DNA of 64,000 nucleotides. Source: Dehalococcoidia bacterium (GTDB lineage: Bacteria; Chloroflexota; Dehalococcoidia; Bin125). The notes under the pieces are model-generated. The model saw only the letters and a program-made list of their open reading frames with translations. It had not been told where the DNA came from and searched no databases. The stretch is taken from NCBI GenBank assembly GCA_963555985.3, contig OY820591.1, forward strand, positions 3,081,413 to 3,145,412. Direction: 5' to 3'. Of the stretch, positions 1-9,847 are shown in pieces. The stretch's first letter is position 1; every line of letters starts with the position of its first letter. The position numbers and the translations under genes were made by a program.

Positions 1-770
1 TAGGACTGTCCCTGCTCAGCTTCGAACGCGAAGTAATCGCTGTCGTCGGCGTATTCGAGTGCGCCTGGCAGCGCCTCGCCGACTGTGGCAGCGGTGGCGT
101 CAGCGGTTGAATCGCCATGGTCGTCGACGATGTCGGAGAGGCTGACGGTCAGGGTGTAGGAGCCGGAGCCGTAGCCGGTGACCTGCGCGTAGTGCGAGCC
201 CGACGCGGAGGCCCTCCAGACGATGCGCGAGGCCAGTGAGTCTGCGTAATCGTCGTTGTAGGCCAGTTCCCAGCCGGCGGCGTCGTACAACGTGATGACC
301 GAATCTTCCAGCGTGTCGAGGGTGACGTCGATCTGGTAGGACTGTCCCTGCTCAGCTTCGAACGTGAAGTAATCGCTGTCGTCGGCGTATTCGAGTGCAC
401 CTGGCAGCGCCTCGCCGACTGTGGCAGGGGTGGCGTCGGCGGTTGAATCGCCATGGTCGTCGACGATGTCGGAGAGGCTGATGGTCAGGGCGTAGGAGCC
501 GGAGCCGTAGCCGCTGACCTGCACGTAATGCGAGCCCGAGGCGGAGGCCCTCCAGACGATGCGAGAGGCGAGCGAATCGATCTGGTCGTCGTTGTAGGTC
601 AGTTCCCAGCCGTCGGCGTCGAACAGGGTGAGGATCGAGTCGTCCAGCGTGTCGAGGGTGACATCGATCTGATAGAACTGGCCTTGTTCAGCCTCGAACA
701 CGAAGAGGTTCCGGTCGCTCTCGTCTGCGAGCGTGCCCTGGGCGGCCTGGCCAACGGTCAAGACAACGGC
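1..770. repeat. 336-bp (112-aa) intragenic tandem repeat, at least 2.3 units
   Basis: taggactgtccctgctcagcttcgaacg at 1 and 337; diverged equivalent at 673. Confidence 0.9.
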
Positions 771-1691
771 CTGCTCGAAATTGAGTGAAGCTTCCGATTC
801 AACGGATGTCGCCTCAACTGCATCGGACTCAGCAGTGACCAGGCTCGGAACGCAGGTCAAGAGGCCGATGACCATGGTCTCGCTCGCGTCTGAGTCTTCC
901 TCAGCGTCGATCACGGCAGCCCAGTCGCTGTCGGCCGCCCACTCTTGCAGGCAGGCAACCTCGTCTTCGCTCAGATCTTCCAGCTCAGCGCCGAACCCGC
1001 TCAGTACGACGGTCAGAAGGTAGTTCGGGATGCAGTTGAAGAAGTCCGCGAGGAACGCGGCCAGTACGGACTGGTCGTTGGCGTCGTTCATCGCGGCGGC
1101 GAGCAGGGCGGCCGGATCGAGGTCCGCGATCGACTCGTTCAGGCAGGACAGCTCGCTCTCGCTCAACTCCACATCAACGCCTTCCAGCAATCCTGCGATG
1201 ATGCTGGCGAGGAAGAGGGCGCGGGCGGTCTCGGGCGCGAGACAGGCGAATGCGGTTACTTCCCACTGCTGCGGGTTGTCCTCGCTGAGGACGGGTCGGC
1301 GGAGGGCTGATTCGAGCTGATCTGCGCCCAGCTCGCTGCGGAGACACGACTGCTCGGAGTCGGTGAGGGTGTCGAATACTTCCTGCCACAGGGTGTCGCG
1401 ATTGATCTCGAGTTCGGCGACGACAGCGGTTGGCTCCTGCGTGGACTGCTCAGCCGGTCGTCCGGAGGTCTCGGTCGTCGCGGATTGTTGGGCAGCGGAT
1501 TGCTGGGCAGCGGGTTGGGCGTCGGCGGTCTCGGCGGCCGTTTGCTGGTCGGCCGTTTGCTGGGCGGCCGTTTGCGAATCGGCCGCTTCGGGCGCTGATG
1601 GCGGGTCGTCGCCGCAAGCGCTCAGGACGAACGCGACGGCGAACGCGAGGAGCAGAACAGGCGCGAGCGAGGGGAATCGAGCGACAGTCAT
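1..1691 (-). CDS. Lipoprotein with Q/A/T-rich linker, Cys-containing helical region and tandem PPC (pre-peptidase C-terminal)-like repeats; runs off the left edge
   Basis: Not in the ORF track (no stop in window). Manual translation from ATG at 1691: MTVARFPSLAPVLLLAFAVAFVLSAC (lipobox), later DDHGDSTADAT..LEYADDSDYFTFEAEQGQSYQIDV..NDD..SRIVW repeats. Confidence 0.85.
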   Translation of the reverse strand, partial: MTVARFPSLAPVLLLAFAVAFVLSACGDDPPSAPEAADSQTAAQQTADQQTAAETADAQPAAQQSAAQQSATTETSGRPAEQSTQEPTAVVAELEINRDTLWQEVFDTLTDSEQSCLRSELGADQLESALRRPVLSEDNPQQWEVTAFACLAPETARALFLASIIAGLLEGVDVELSESELSCLNESIADLDPAALLAAAMNDANDQSVLAAFLADFFNCIPNYLLTVVLSGFGAELEDLSEDEVACLQEWAADSDWAAVIDAEEDSDASETMVIGLLTCVPSLVTAESDAVEATSVESEASLNFEQAVVLTVGQAAQGTLADESDRNLFVFEAEQGQFYQIDVTLDTLDDSILTLFDADGWELTYNDDQIDSLASRIVWRASASGSHYVQVSGYGSGSYALTISLSDIVDDHGDSTADATPATVGEALPGALEYADDSDYFTFEAEQGQSYQIDVTLDTLEDSVITLYDAAGWELAYNDDYADSLASRIVWRASASGSHYAQVTGYGSGSYTLTVSLSDIVDDHGDSTADATAATVGEALPGALEYADDSDYFAFEAEQGQS

Positions 1692-1836
1692 TCGGCGGCC
1701 CTCTCAGAGTGCGCTGATCGGAGAACGCGCCTCAATGTTCTTGCTCGGCCGGATCGGATGAAGCCGGCCCACCACCCCATGGTAGTCAGCAGACATGCCG
1801 GTGGCAGATTCGGGGCTCGAGGCTGCCCGGGAATGC

Positions 1837-2535
1837 TCACCACAGCAACGAGTCGCCAAGCTCCCGTAGTTGGCGGCGGTGGTGCTGCGCGTCGGGCATG
1901 ACGCTCTCGACGAGGGCCCAGTATTTGGGGCTGTGATCCGGCTGAATCAGGTGGCAGAGCTCGTGCACCACGACGTAGTCGATGATTTCAGGCGGGGCGA
2001 AGATCAAGCGCCAGTTGAAGCTGAGCGTGCCTCTGGATGAGGCGCTGCCCCAGCGGGTCTTCTGATTGCGAATCTGGAGGCGCTTCGGTTGTACGCCGAC
2101 AATCGGCGACCAGTGTTCGACTTGGGCGGTGAAGTGGTCGCGAGCGTACTCGCGCAGCCAAGCTTCGGCATACGCGGCGCGTTCCGGTTTCGAGACATCG
2201 ACCCGGAAGCGCTCGCCGTCGAACTGAAACGGGGCCAGACTGGCCTCAACCGGATAGCGAACGCCAAGCAGCGGCAGCAAGCCGCCTTCACCCAACTGGG
2301 ATCGCAAACCGATCGGGCGCGCGCTGTCCAGATGCGACGCGATCCAGTCGGCTCGCTGCGCCACGAACTCTGCAATCTGCTGTTGCGGCGTTCGCGCCGG
2401 CGCGAGCACGCGAACCCGGTCACCCTCGATCGAGATCGTGACGTTCTTGCGGCGGCGCGGGCTGCGGTGCAACTCGTAGCTAATCCGGCGACCGTTGACG
2501 GTCGCCTGGCGTTCGCTCGGACGGCCGCAGGGCAC
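1837..2535 (-). CDS. YgjP/DUF45-like zinc metallopeptidase-family protein
   Basis: QKTRWGSAS, FNWRLIFAP, YVVVHELCH (HExxH) motifs. Confidence 0.85.
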   Translation of the reverse strand: MPCGRPSERQATVNGRRISYELHRSPRRRKNVTISIEGDRVRVLAPARTPQQQIAEFVAQRADWIASHLDSARPIGLRSQLGEGGLLPLLGVRYPVEASLAPFQFDGERFRVDVSKPERAAYAEAWLREYARDHFTAQVEHWSPIVGVQPKRLQIRNQKTRWGSASSRGTLSFNWRLIFAPPEIIDYVVVHELCHLIQPDHSPKYWALVESVMPDAQHHRRQLRELGDSLLW

Positions 2536-2537
2536 GG

Positions 2538-3830
2538 TCAGGTCCCGTTGGCAGCGCGGCTGAAGGCGGTACCCAGCCGCTCGGCGGCATCCGGGAGCTG
2601 CTCAGCAGGCGGCCAGCTATAGGAGAGACGGAGCGACTCGCCGTCGTCGCCGGGATCGCGGCGGGGGTAGAAGTTGTGGCCGGAGGGGAAGGTGAGACCG
2701 TCTTCGGCGGCGATGTCGCGCACTGAGTCGGCGGTTAGGCCCTGGCGGAGCTTGAGCCAGAGAAAGAAGCCGCCGCTGGGAGCAGCGAGATCGAAGTAGG
2801 GCTCGCCGTAGGGATCGAGCGCCTCGATCAGGGTTTGGGCCTTGAGCGCGTAGAGGCTGCGCATCCGGTCGGCGTGCTCGCGGAAATCGCCGCGCACCAT
2901 GTATTCGTGGAGCATTCGGTGCAGGAGGGGGCTGTTGCCCATGTCGAAGCGAGCGGGCACCATCGCCTGGATCCAGTCCGGCCGGGCCTGGACCCAGCCG
3001 ACCCGCAGGCCGGTCGCGATCACCTTCGAGAAGGTGCCTACAGTGAGCACGCCCCAGCCGTCGGTCAGTTCCGAGAGTGTGGGCGGAGGCGGTGCGTCGA
3101 AGTAGAGCTCCGAGTAGGCGTGATCCTCCATCAGCAGGATCTGCCGGCGGGCCGCAAGCTCGATCAGGTCGAGCCGCCGTTCCAGCGTCATCGTCAGACC
3201 GGTCGGATTGTGGAAGGTGGGCTGGGTATAGATCAGCTTGACTCGCTCGCCCTCAGCTTCGAGCCGGTTGATGGTGGATTCGAGTTCGTCCAGGCGAATG
3301 CCCTCGTCGTCCATGCCAACGCCGACCACGTTGGCCTGCTTGCCCCGAATCGTGCGCAGCGAACCAGCGAAGGTGGGGATTTCGGTGATCACGACATCGC
3401 CCGGATCGAGGAAGGAGGCGCAGATCGACTCGATCGCGCCGGCGGCGCCGTTGGTGAGCAGGTACCAGTCGGCATTGGGCTGGGCGGGATGGTTGCGAGC
3501 GAAGTAGCGGGCCATCTCGTCGCGCAGCGGTTCGAAGCCCTGCGCGCCGCCGTAGACCAGTGCGGCGTCGCCCGGTTGCTCCAGAACCCGGCCGATCGCG
3601 GCCAGCAACTGCTCGCGCGGCTGGGTCTCGGCATCGGGAATGCCCGCGCCGAGCGAGATCGGCGGCCTCCCGCTGACCGGCGCTCGGCCCGAGAGGCCCC
3701 ACTCGGTCATGTTGCCGGCGGTCATGCCGCGTGTCGAGATACTCGTGCCGAGCAGCGAAGGGAAGCTCTCCCAGGCCTCGCGCGCCGCTTCCACGGCGCG
3801 GCTATTGAGCGGGGCGGTCGGATTGGGCAT
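2538..3830 (-). CDS. PLP-dependent class I/II aminotransferase (MocR/LysN-like)
   Basis: FHNPTG, EDHAY, GTFSKVIATGLRVGW motifs; start placed at ATG 3830. Confidence 0.9.
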   Translation of the reverse strand: MPNPTAPLNSRAVEAAREAWESFPSLLGTSISTRGMTAGNMTEWGLSGRAPVSGRPPISLGAGIPDAETQPREQLLAAIGRVLEQPGDAALVYGGAQGFEPLRDEMARYFARNHPAQPNADWYLLTNGAAGAIESICASFLDPGDVVITEIPTFAGSLRTIRGKQANVVGVGMDDEGIRLDELESTINRLEAEGERVKLIYTQPTFHNPTGLTMTLERRLDLIELAARRQILLMEDHAYSELYFDAPPPPTLSELTDGWGVLTVGTFSKVIATGLRVGWVQARPDWIQAMVPARFDMGNSPLLHRMLHEYMVRGDFREHADRMRSLYALKAQTLIEALDPYGEPYFDLAAPSGGFFLWLKLRQGLTADSVRDIAAEDGLTFPSGHNFYPRRDPGDDGESLRLSYSWPPAEQLPDAAERLGTAFSRAANGT

Positions 3831-3934
3831 GTGGATCTCCTGCACTGGAGCGTCTGCGGCAACCAACTCAGCTTAGGGGAGGTTCCAGGCAAGCTATGAA
3901 TGGCGAAATTGGGAGTGTTGCGACGGTCTCCACT

Positions 3935-4215
3935 GGGCGGATGGAAGAATTTTTGGGCGGACGAGGCGAATTTTGCGGCTGTGGGCGGGGAATTGGGCGT
4001 CAGGTAGTCCGGATTTGTCCAGAAAAGTTCCGATTCGGCGGGATTTGGGGCTGTTTGGAGCGGAATTGCGAGTGTGGATCCGGGTTTGTCTCGCTTTGTC
4101 CAGGTGGGCGGCGGCGGTCATGGCGGGTTCCGTTGGCGGTGGGCGCGGGAGTGAGTGCGGTTGATCGTATACGGACGGGCGTTCTGTGGCGGATCCGGGT
4201 TCTGGGCGGGATGTT
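3935..4215 (-). repeat. Dispersed ~250-bp element with 10-bp phased CTGGACAAA-like motifs, copy 1
   Basis: Reverse complement aligns with 58295-58560 (cagaacgcccgtcc.tatacgatcaaccgcactcactccc..cccaccgccaacggaacccgccatgaccgcc). Confidence 0.8.
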
Positions 4216-4267
4216 GCGGGGGGCACAGTTGGGTTGGAGGCGGCGATTTCGCGGGGTGGGTGGGGCG

Positions 4268-4345
4268 GACCCCCTCTGTCCCCCGCCTTCGCGGGGGCAG
4301 GCTCTACGTGACCTCTCCCCCCGCAGAGGGGGGAGAGGGGAGCTC
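4268..4345 (-). repeat. REP-like hairpin family B (ctctccccc..gggggaga..gagggg) with nested module C
   Basis: Reverse complement closely matches 46040-46112; relatives near 4500-4590, 34365-34440, 36865-36915, 38910-38970, 48642-48715. Confidence 0.8.
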
Positions 4346-4367
4346 GCGGCGAGTGATCCCCGCCTAC

Positions 4368-4502
4368 GGAGAGCTTTGCAACATCCCCGATCTGAGCGTT
4401 TCGTCATTCTTGCAAACGCGAGAATCCACGTCTCACTCGATACGCCGCATGGATTCCCGCGTTCGCGGGAATGACGGAAACGGGGGTTTTGCAACGGCCT
4501 CC
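4368..4502. mobile_element. MITE-like element with imperfect TIRs, inserted in a module C hairpin
   Basis: ggagagctttgcaa ... ttgcaacggcctcc ends, flanked by ctac/ctgc; contains an intact cattcccgcgaacgcgggaatc palindrome on the minus strand. Confidence 0.65.
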
Positions 4503-4619
4503 CTGCGCGGGGACAGGCTCGGCAGTGCGGGAGGAGGGGGGAATGGATTCGGCGCATCTCCCCGCAGTGCAGGGGGAGGAGAGGGGATAGTGGAGGAGTA
4601 TCCCTTGTAGGATCGCGCT

Positions 4620-5642
4620 ATGGCACAGGACATTCAGCTCGGCGTGCTCGACCAGATCCCGATCCGCTCAGGCGGTACCGCAGCCACCGCGATCTCGGAG
4701 ACCTTCAAACTCGCCGAGACCTGCGACCGTCTCGGCTTTTCGCGCTACTGGCTCGCCGAGCATCACAACGCCGGCTCGCTCGCCTGCGCCTCGCCCGAGC
4801 TGTTGATCCCTCAGGTCGCCGCCCACACCGAGCGAATCCGGGTCGGTTCGGGCGGGATCATGCTGCCCCACTACAGCTCGCTCAAAGTGGCCGAGAATTT
4901 TCGCACGATCACGACTCAGTTCCCCGGACGGATCGATCTCGGGGTCGGACGCGCCCCCGGCTCCGACGGACGCACCGCGCGGGCGCTCGTGCATGGTCCG
5001 GGGGCGCTGGGAATCGACCACTTCCCCGAGCAGCTGCTCGACCTCTACGGCTGGCTGGCGGACGACCTGCCGCCTGACCATCCCTACCGCGACGTGCGCG
5101 CGGCTCCGCCCGACGCGCCGATGCCCGAGCTGTGGCTGCTGGGATCGTCGCACTACGGCGGACACGTTGCCGCCGAGTTGGGCTGGTCGCACTGCTTCGC
5201 CCACTTCATCTCGCCCGAAGGCGGCGAACAGGTGGTGCGCAAGTACCGGCAGCGATTCCAGCCCTCACCCGTCAGTTCGGAGCCGCGCGCTTCGTTGGGC
5301 GTCTCGGTCACGGTTGCGCCCACCAGCGAAGAGGCGGAGCAGCTCTGCTGGAGCCGCTGGTGCTGGCGGATCAAGGGCAACCGAGGCATGAGAGGCGGCA
5401 TCCCCTCGGTCGAGGAAGCGCTCAACTTCCCCTACACCCAGCCGGAGTTGGACTACCTCGGCTACATGCAGGGACGCAGTATCCACGGCAGCCCCGAGCG
5501 GGTGCGGGAGAAGCTGGAACAGCTTGCAGCGACCTACGATGTGGACGAGTTCATCGTACTCACGATCACCTACGACTTTGAGTCGCGAGTGCGCTCGTAC
5601 GAGTTGCTGGCGGAAGAGTTTGGGATGCTGTCCGGGAACTAG
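4620..5642 (+). CDS. LLM-class flavin-dependent oxidoreductase (luciferase-like)
   Basis: RYWLAEHH, RIRVGSGGIMLPHYSSLKVAENF, RIDLGVGRAPGSD. Confidence 0.93.
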   Translation: MAQDIQLGVLDQIPIRSGGTAATAISETFKLAETCDRLGFSRYWLAEHHNAGSLACASPELLIPQVAAHTERIRVGSGGIMLPHYSSLKVAENFRTITTQFPGRIDLGVGRAPGSDGRTARALVHGPGALGIDHFPEQLLDLYGWLADDLPPDHPYRDVRAAPPDAPMPELWLLGSSHYGGHVAAELGWSHCFAHFISPEGGEQVVRKYRQRFQPSPVSSEPRASLGVSVTVAPTSEEAEQLCWSRWCWRIKGNRGMRGGIPSVEEALNFPYTQPELDYLGYMQGRSIHGSPERVREKLEQLAATYDVDEFIVLTITYDFESRVRSYELLAEEFGMLSGN

Positions 5643-5763
5643 CAATCTTCTCTTCCCCGTTCGAGGTCTATGCGTTCGACCGTTTTCGGCGTCCCAACAC
5701 CGCACAAAGCGGTAGAATGGCTGAGCCGGAAATACGCCGTGCGAGCGGCCAAGAGGAGGACGG

Positions 5764-6054
5764 ATGCGGGACGCGGAAACTCCAACCCCCACCCGCCGGT
5801 CTGCTGAAGAGACTGCCCGCTTGGGTGACGAGCTCTATGAGAGCGAGATCCGGCAGCAGGTGGAGGCGGAGCACCAGGGCGAGGTGGTCGCCATAGATGT
5901 GGACAGCGGCAGCTGGGCGATTGGCGACAACGTGATCGCGGCGTCGGAGCGCCTGCGCGCGCAGAGCCCGGACGCGGTTGACGTTTGGCTGCTTCGAGTG
6001 GGACACCGGGCGCTGCATCACTTTGGCGGACGTCCTCTGCGGAGCGTCGAGTGA
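5764..6054 (+). CDS. Small hypothetical protein of the type found upstream of clan AA aspartic protease genes (DUF5678-like)
   Basis: GDELYESEIR..GEVVAIDVDSG..WLLRVG pattern; GAGGA RBS; stop overlaps the downstream GTG. Confidence 0.7.
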   Translation: MRDAETPTPTRRSAEETARLGDELYESEIRQQVEAEHQGEVVAIDVDSGSWAIGDNVIAASERLRAQSPDAVDVWLLRVGHRALHHFGGRPLRSVE

Positions 6055-6137
6055 TCGCAGGCGCAGTGAACGCCGCGTACGAACCCGTCGTGCCGCTGAC
6101 CATGACTCCGGCATTGGCGACGGAGTTGAGCTCGTAG
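6051..6137 (+). pseudogene. Internally deleted remnant of a clan AA aspartic protease gene
   Basis: Translates MIAGAVNAAYEPVVPLTMTPALATELSS*; family-like N-terminus joined to the PALxxEL segment, catalytic DTG absent. Confidence 0.55.
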
Positions 6138-6144
6138 AGACTTC

Positions 6145-7566
6145 CTAACCCAGCCCAGCCGTATCCAGCTGATGTAGACGCAACATCTCCGCTACTACTG
6201 ATCGCACTCGCTCGAAATCCGAAGGTTTCCGTCCCTCGAACACCACGGTCAGATACGGCGTCGTGTTCGACGCTCGAATGATTGCCCAGGCGCCCTCCGC
6301 GACGCTTGACAGGTCAATCCGCGCCCCGTCGATCTCGTTCACCGGCCAACGCTCGCGCGCATAGGCGGTGATCCAGTCGACCATCTCGAACTTGCGCTCA
6401 TCGGCGCAGGCGATCTTGATCTCCGGTGAGATTTCGTAGCTCGGAATCCGCCCGATCCGCTCGTCCAACGACCCGCGCGAGGCGAGCTGCGCGATTCGGC
6501 AGGCGGTGCGCACGGCGTCGTCGGTGATGTGGGGCGGATCGTCGATTTGGTGAAAGTAGTGCGTGCTCGCTTCGCCGCCGAAGGCGATCTGGTTGCGTTG
6601 CATCGCGTGTTTGCCCAGCGAGTGCCCCACCGGTCCGAAGATCGCCCGTCCGCCCTGCTGATGGATCGCGTCGATCACCGCTTGGGAGGTCTTGACGTCG
6701 ATGTGAATGTCCGAGTTGGGACGGCGTTCGAGCCAGTCGCAGGCGAGCAAGGCCAGCACCGCGTCGGGCGCGACCCGGACTCCGCGCCCGTCGACCAGAC
6801 CGATCCGGTCTCCGTCGCCGTCGAAGGCGAAACCGAGATCAGCTCCCACTGCGGAGACAAATGCGGCAAGTTGGCTCATGTTCTCCGCGTGCTGCGGATC
6901 GGCGGCGTGCGTGGGATTGGGGTCGTTCAGGTCGTCGTTGATCGCCTGCACCTCAGCCCCGCAAGCCCGCAACGCCCGCGCCGCCGTCAACGATGTCACC
7001 CCATTACCCGGATCAACGACAATGCGCAGCGGACGGGCGAGCGGGTAAGTCTTGGCCAGTGATGCGACGTACTGAGGGATCGGGTCCCAGTTCTGGATGC
7101 GGCCGCGCTCGTACGGTACCGCCGAGATTCCACGCTCGATTCGGAGGCCAATCTCCCGGATCAACTCGGGCAGGACCGGCGTTCCCCCCGGCTCAAGCAG
7201 CTTGATCCCGTTGTCGGCGGGTGGATTGTGGGAAGCGGTGATCGCGATCCCGCCCGTCGCGCGTTCGCCGCTCAGCTCCGCCGCCGCCCAATAGACCAGC
7301 GGCGAGGGCGCGCGCCGAATATCAACGACCTCGACTCTGGCTTCACGCAGACCGCTGCTGGCCGCCTTCTTGAGACTTGGCGTGGTGTGGCGCTGATCTC
7401 CGCCGATCACGGCGCGATCCGTGTCCCAACGCTCGCGCAGCAGCTCTCCGTAGGTTCGCGCGATGGCGTGCGCGAGCTCAGGCGTGAGCTGCGCGTTGTC
7501 GCCTGCGGCGCGACCGCGAATGTCGTAGGCGCGAAAGATCGTCCAGGGCACGGAAATCGGCTTCAT
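6145..7566 (-). CDS. Phosphomannomutase/phosphoglucomutase, paralog 1
   Basis: IFRAYDIRG, TASHNP, DGDGDR, RASNT. Confidence 0.92.
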   Translation of the reverse strand: MKPISVPWTIFRAYDIRGRAAGDNAQLTPELAHAIARTYGELLRERWDTDRAVIGGDQRHTTPSLKKAASSGLREARVEVVDIRRAPSPLVYWAAAELSGERATGGIAITASHNPPADNGIKLLEPGGTPVLPELIREIGLRIERGISAVPYERGRIQNWDPIPQYVASLAKTYPLARPLRIVVDPGNGVTSLTAARALRACGAEVQAINDDLNDPNPTHAADPQHAENMSQLAAFVSAVGADLGFAFDGDGDRIGLVDGRGVRVAPDAVLALLACDWLERRPNSDIHIDVKTSQAVIDAIHQQGGRAIFGPVGHSLGKHAMQRNQIAFGGEASTHYFHQIDDPPHITDDAVRTACRIAQLASRGSLDERIGRIPSYEISPEIKIACADERKFEMVDWITAYARERWPVNEIDGARIDLSSVAEGAWAIIRASNTTPYLTVVFEGRKPSDFERVRSVVAEMLRLHQLDTAGLG

Positions 7567-7611
7567 GGTTGTCTAGGCTACGCCCGCGAGGGCTTTGACG
7601 AACGGGAGGCG

Positions 7612-8292
7612 ATGGTGGAGTCGATCGATCAGGAACGCGCACTCTTCCGCTTCCTCAGCAAATCCGCCCGCAAGGGCGAACTGGCGGAGCGCAACGGCGC
7701 GCTGGCGCGTTTCGGACCTGATGCGGGCGAGGTTGACCTGGACACGGTTGCAACGGCAATGCAGGCGCGGATCGAGTCGATCTACGAGGATGCACCACCG
7801 CTCTCGCTGCTGCTGACGGACGCAAATGCGGAGCAGTTGGCCTCGATCCGCGCCTACGACTGGGTGCCGGTCGGCATCTACGTCTTCGGCCTGCCCGCTA
7901 CCAAGACCCGCTCCGGCACCGCCGAGAGCACCGCGCACCGCAATCTCAAGGAGTGGGTCGCCGCCAACCCCGAACGGGTCGGAGCGCCCAGCCGAGCCTG
8001 GGCCATCACCGAGCGCTGGTTCCCCTCCGGCGACGAGTCGGATGTGGCGTTTCTGACCGAGAATGAGGCGCTGGTGGTGGAGGTACGCCCGTCTGGGGCG
8101 CACGAGCACGAGTTGAGGCAAGCCGTGTTCGCGCTGGTCAAGTTCCGCGCGGTGATCGAGGCGGAATCGCTGTTGATGGGCATCGAGGATTCGGTGCGGG
8201 TAATGCTGGTCACGCCCGATGCGGTTTCGGAGACCGTGACCGCATTGGCCGAGCAGTTGTCGGTTGAGGTGCTGATTGCAGGGCCGCACTAG
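7612..8292 (+). CDS. Hypothetical protein with C-terminal restriction-endonuclease-like (PD-(D/E)XK) domain, possibly degenerate
   Basis: ESTAHRNLKEWVAANP..ERWFPSGDESDV..VVEVR..LVKFRAVIEA pattern. Confidence 0.55.
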   Translation: MVESIDQERALFRFLSKSARKGELAERNGALARFGPDAGEVDLDTVATAMQARIESIYEDAPPLSLLLTDANAEQLASIRAYDWVPVGIYVFGLPATKTRSGTAESTAHRNLKEWVAANPERVGAPSRAWAITERWFPSGDESDVAFLTENEALVVEVRPSGAHEHELRQAVFALVKFRAVIEAESLLMGIEDSVRVMLVTPDAVSETVTALAEQLSVEVLIAGPH

Positions 8293-9740
8293 TCGATCCA
8301 CTGCGGCCCGATCAGTGGCGGCGCACTGATCTGTTCGATTGCTCCGACTTCGGAATAGCGCTCTAAGACTTCGAGCAACTCCTCGCTCAGGCGTTGGTAG
8401 GACGCTTCATCATCCGTCTCAAAACGAAGACTCAGCGCCGGCGCCGTGTTCGACGGACGCGCGTGAACCCAGCCGTCCGCGAACGTGATCCGCGCTCCAT
8501 CGGAGCGATCGATCTTCGTGTGTGCCCGCTTGGCGAAGTGATCGCCGATTGCGTCCGCGATTGCCGCCTTGCGCTGATCGGGGCAAGGCAGGCGCAGTTC
8601 CGGCGAGATCGGACGGGCGCGGATCTCGGCGAAGTGCTCGGCCAGCGAGCGCCCGCTGCGAGCGAGCAAGTCGGTCAGGGCGCAGGCCGCATAGACGCCG
8701 TCGTCGAGCCAGGGATACCGTTCGCCTGCTCGATATTCGGGGCCAAAGATGATGTGTCCGCTGGTCTCGCCGCCGAACGCGATCCGTTCCGCTCGCATCC
8801 GCCGCCGCGCGAAGGAGTAGCCCGTGCGCTCGAAGAGCGGCTGTCCGCCATGCCGCGAGATGTACTCGGCAGCGCTCGTCGAAGTCTTGCGATCCAGCAG
8901 AATCGCCGCTCCCGGCTCGTGCTCAAGCAGCGGACGCGCCAGCAGGGCGCTCAGCCAATCCGCCTCATAGCGCCGCCCCAGATGATCGAGCACGCCGATC
9001 CGATCCCCGTCCCCGTCCCAGGCGATGCCGCAGTCGAGCCCGAGCCTGCGCACGGCGCGGGCGAGCGGTTGCGTCGTTTGCGGGTCTTGCGGATCGGCGT
9101 GGTGATTGGGCGCGCCTGCGCGCGGGATCGTATGTAGGGCATGGACGCTCGCGCCGGCGCTCTGAAGCGCGCGCGCTCCCGTCAGACAGGGTGCCCCATT
9201 GCCCGGATCAACGCCGACGCGAAGCCCGCCCGCCTCCCCGAAGCGGTCGGCCAGCATCTCCAGATAGGGAGACAGGGCGTCAACCTCTGTTCGTTCGCCC
9301 CGAACTGCGAGCTGTTCCGCCCCGACCGCCCCAGCCAAGTCCGCGACTGCCGCGATCTCGTCCGGCAAGAGCGGGGCTGCCTCTGCCCCAATCAGCTTGA
9401 ACCCGTTGAACTCCGGCGGATTGTGACTGGCCGTCACCACCAGCCCGCCCCCCGCCCCAAGCCGATCAACCGTCCAGCCCACAACCGGAGTCGGCGCAAG
9501 CCCTACCGCATACACATCAAGACCAGCGCCCAGCGCCCCCTCAAGCGCCGCCGCATAGAGCATTGGCGACGTAGCCCGAGTGTCGTGCCCAATCACAACA
9601 GTCTGAGCGCCCAGCCGACGCACCCACTGAGCAAACGCCGCCCCAATCCGCCAGGCGCCCGCTTCGTCAATCTCCGCCGGAGCCAGTCCGCGAATGTCAT
9701 AAGCCCGAAAGATGTGGCGCGGAAGCTGAGCGGAAGCCAT
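8289..9740 (-). CDS. Phosphomannomutase/phosphoglucomutase, paralog 2
   Basis: IFRAYDIRG, TASHNP, DGDGDR, GETSGH, RPSNT. Confidence 0.92.
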   Translation of the reverse strand: MASAQLPRHIFRAYDIRGLAPAEIDEAGAWRIGAAFAQWVRRLGAQTVVIGHDTRATSPMLYAAALEGALGAGLDVYAVGLAPTPVVGWTVDRLGAGGGLVVTASHNPPEFNGFKLIGAEAAPLLPDEIAAVADLAGAVGAEQLAVRGERTEVDALSPYLEMLADRFGEAGGLRVGVDPGNGAPCLTGARALQSAGASVHALHTIPRAGAPNHHADPQDPQTTQPLARAVRRLGLDCGIAWDGDGDRIGVLDHLGRRYEADWLSALLARPLLEHEPGAAILLDRKTSTSAAEYISRHGGQPLFERTGYSFARRRMRAERIAFGGETSGHIIFGPEYRAGERYPWLDDGVYAACALTDLLARSGRSLAEHFAEIRARPISPELRLPCPDQRKAAIADAIGDHFAKRAHTKIDRSDGARITFADGWVHARPSNTAPALSLRFETDDEASYQRLSEELLEVLERYSEVGAIEQISAPPLIGPQWID

Positions 9741-9847
9741 ACTCCCACTCTACGAAGAAGCACCGGAACAACGGACAGGTGACCGAGACCGTCGCCAGCC
9801 GACCGCCGCCAACGGCTACGCTTCGCCTGTATGAACGGAGACCCGAC

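Noticed and set aside
3894-4633. ORFs predicted across the repeat clusters (also 48550-48986, 53426-54002, 58079-58610)
   Set aside because: Translations consist of palindromic repeat sequence and frames are not conserved between copies
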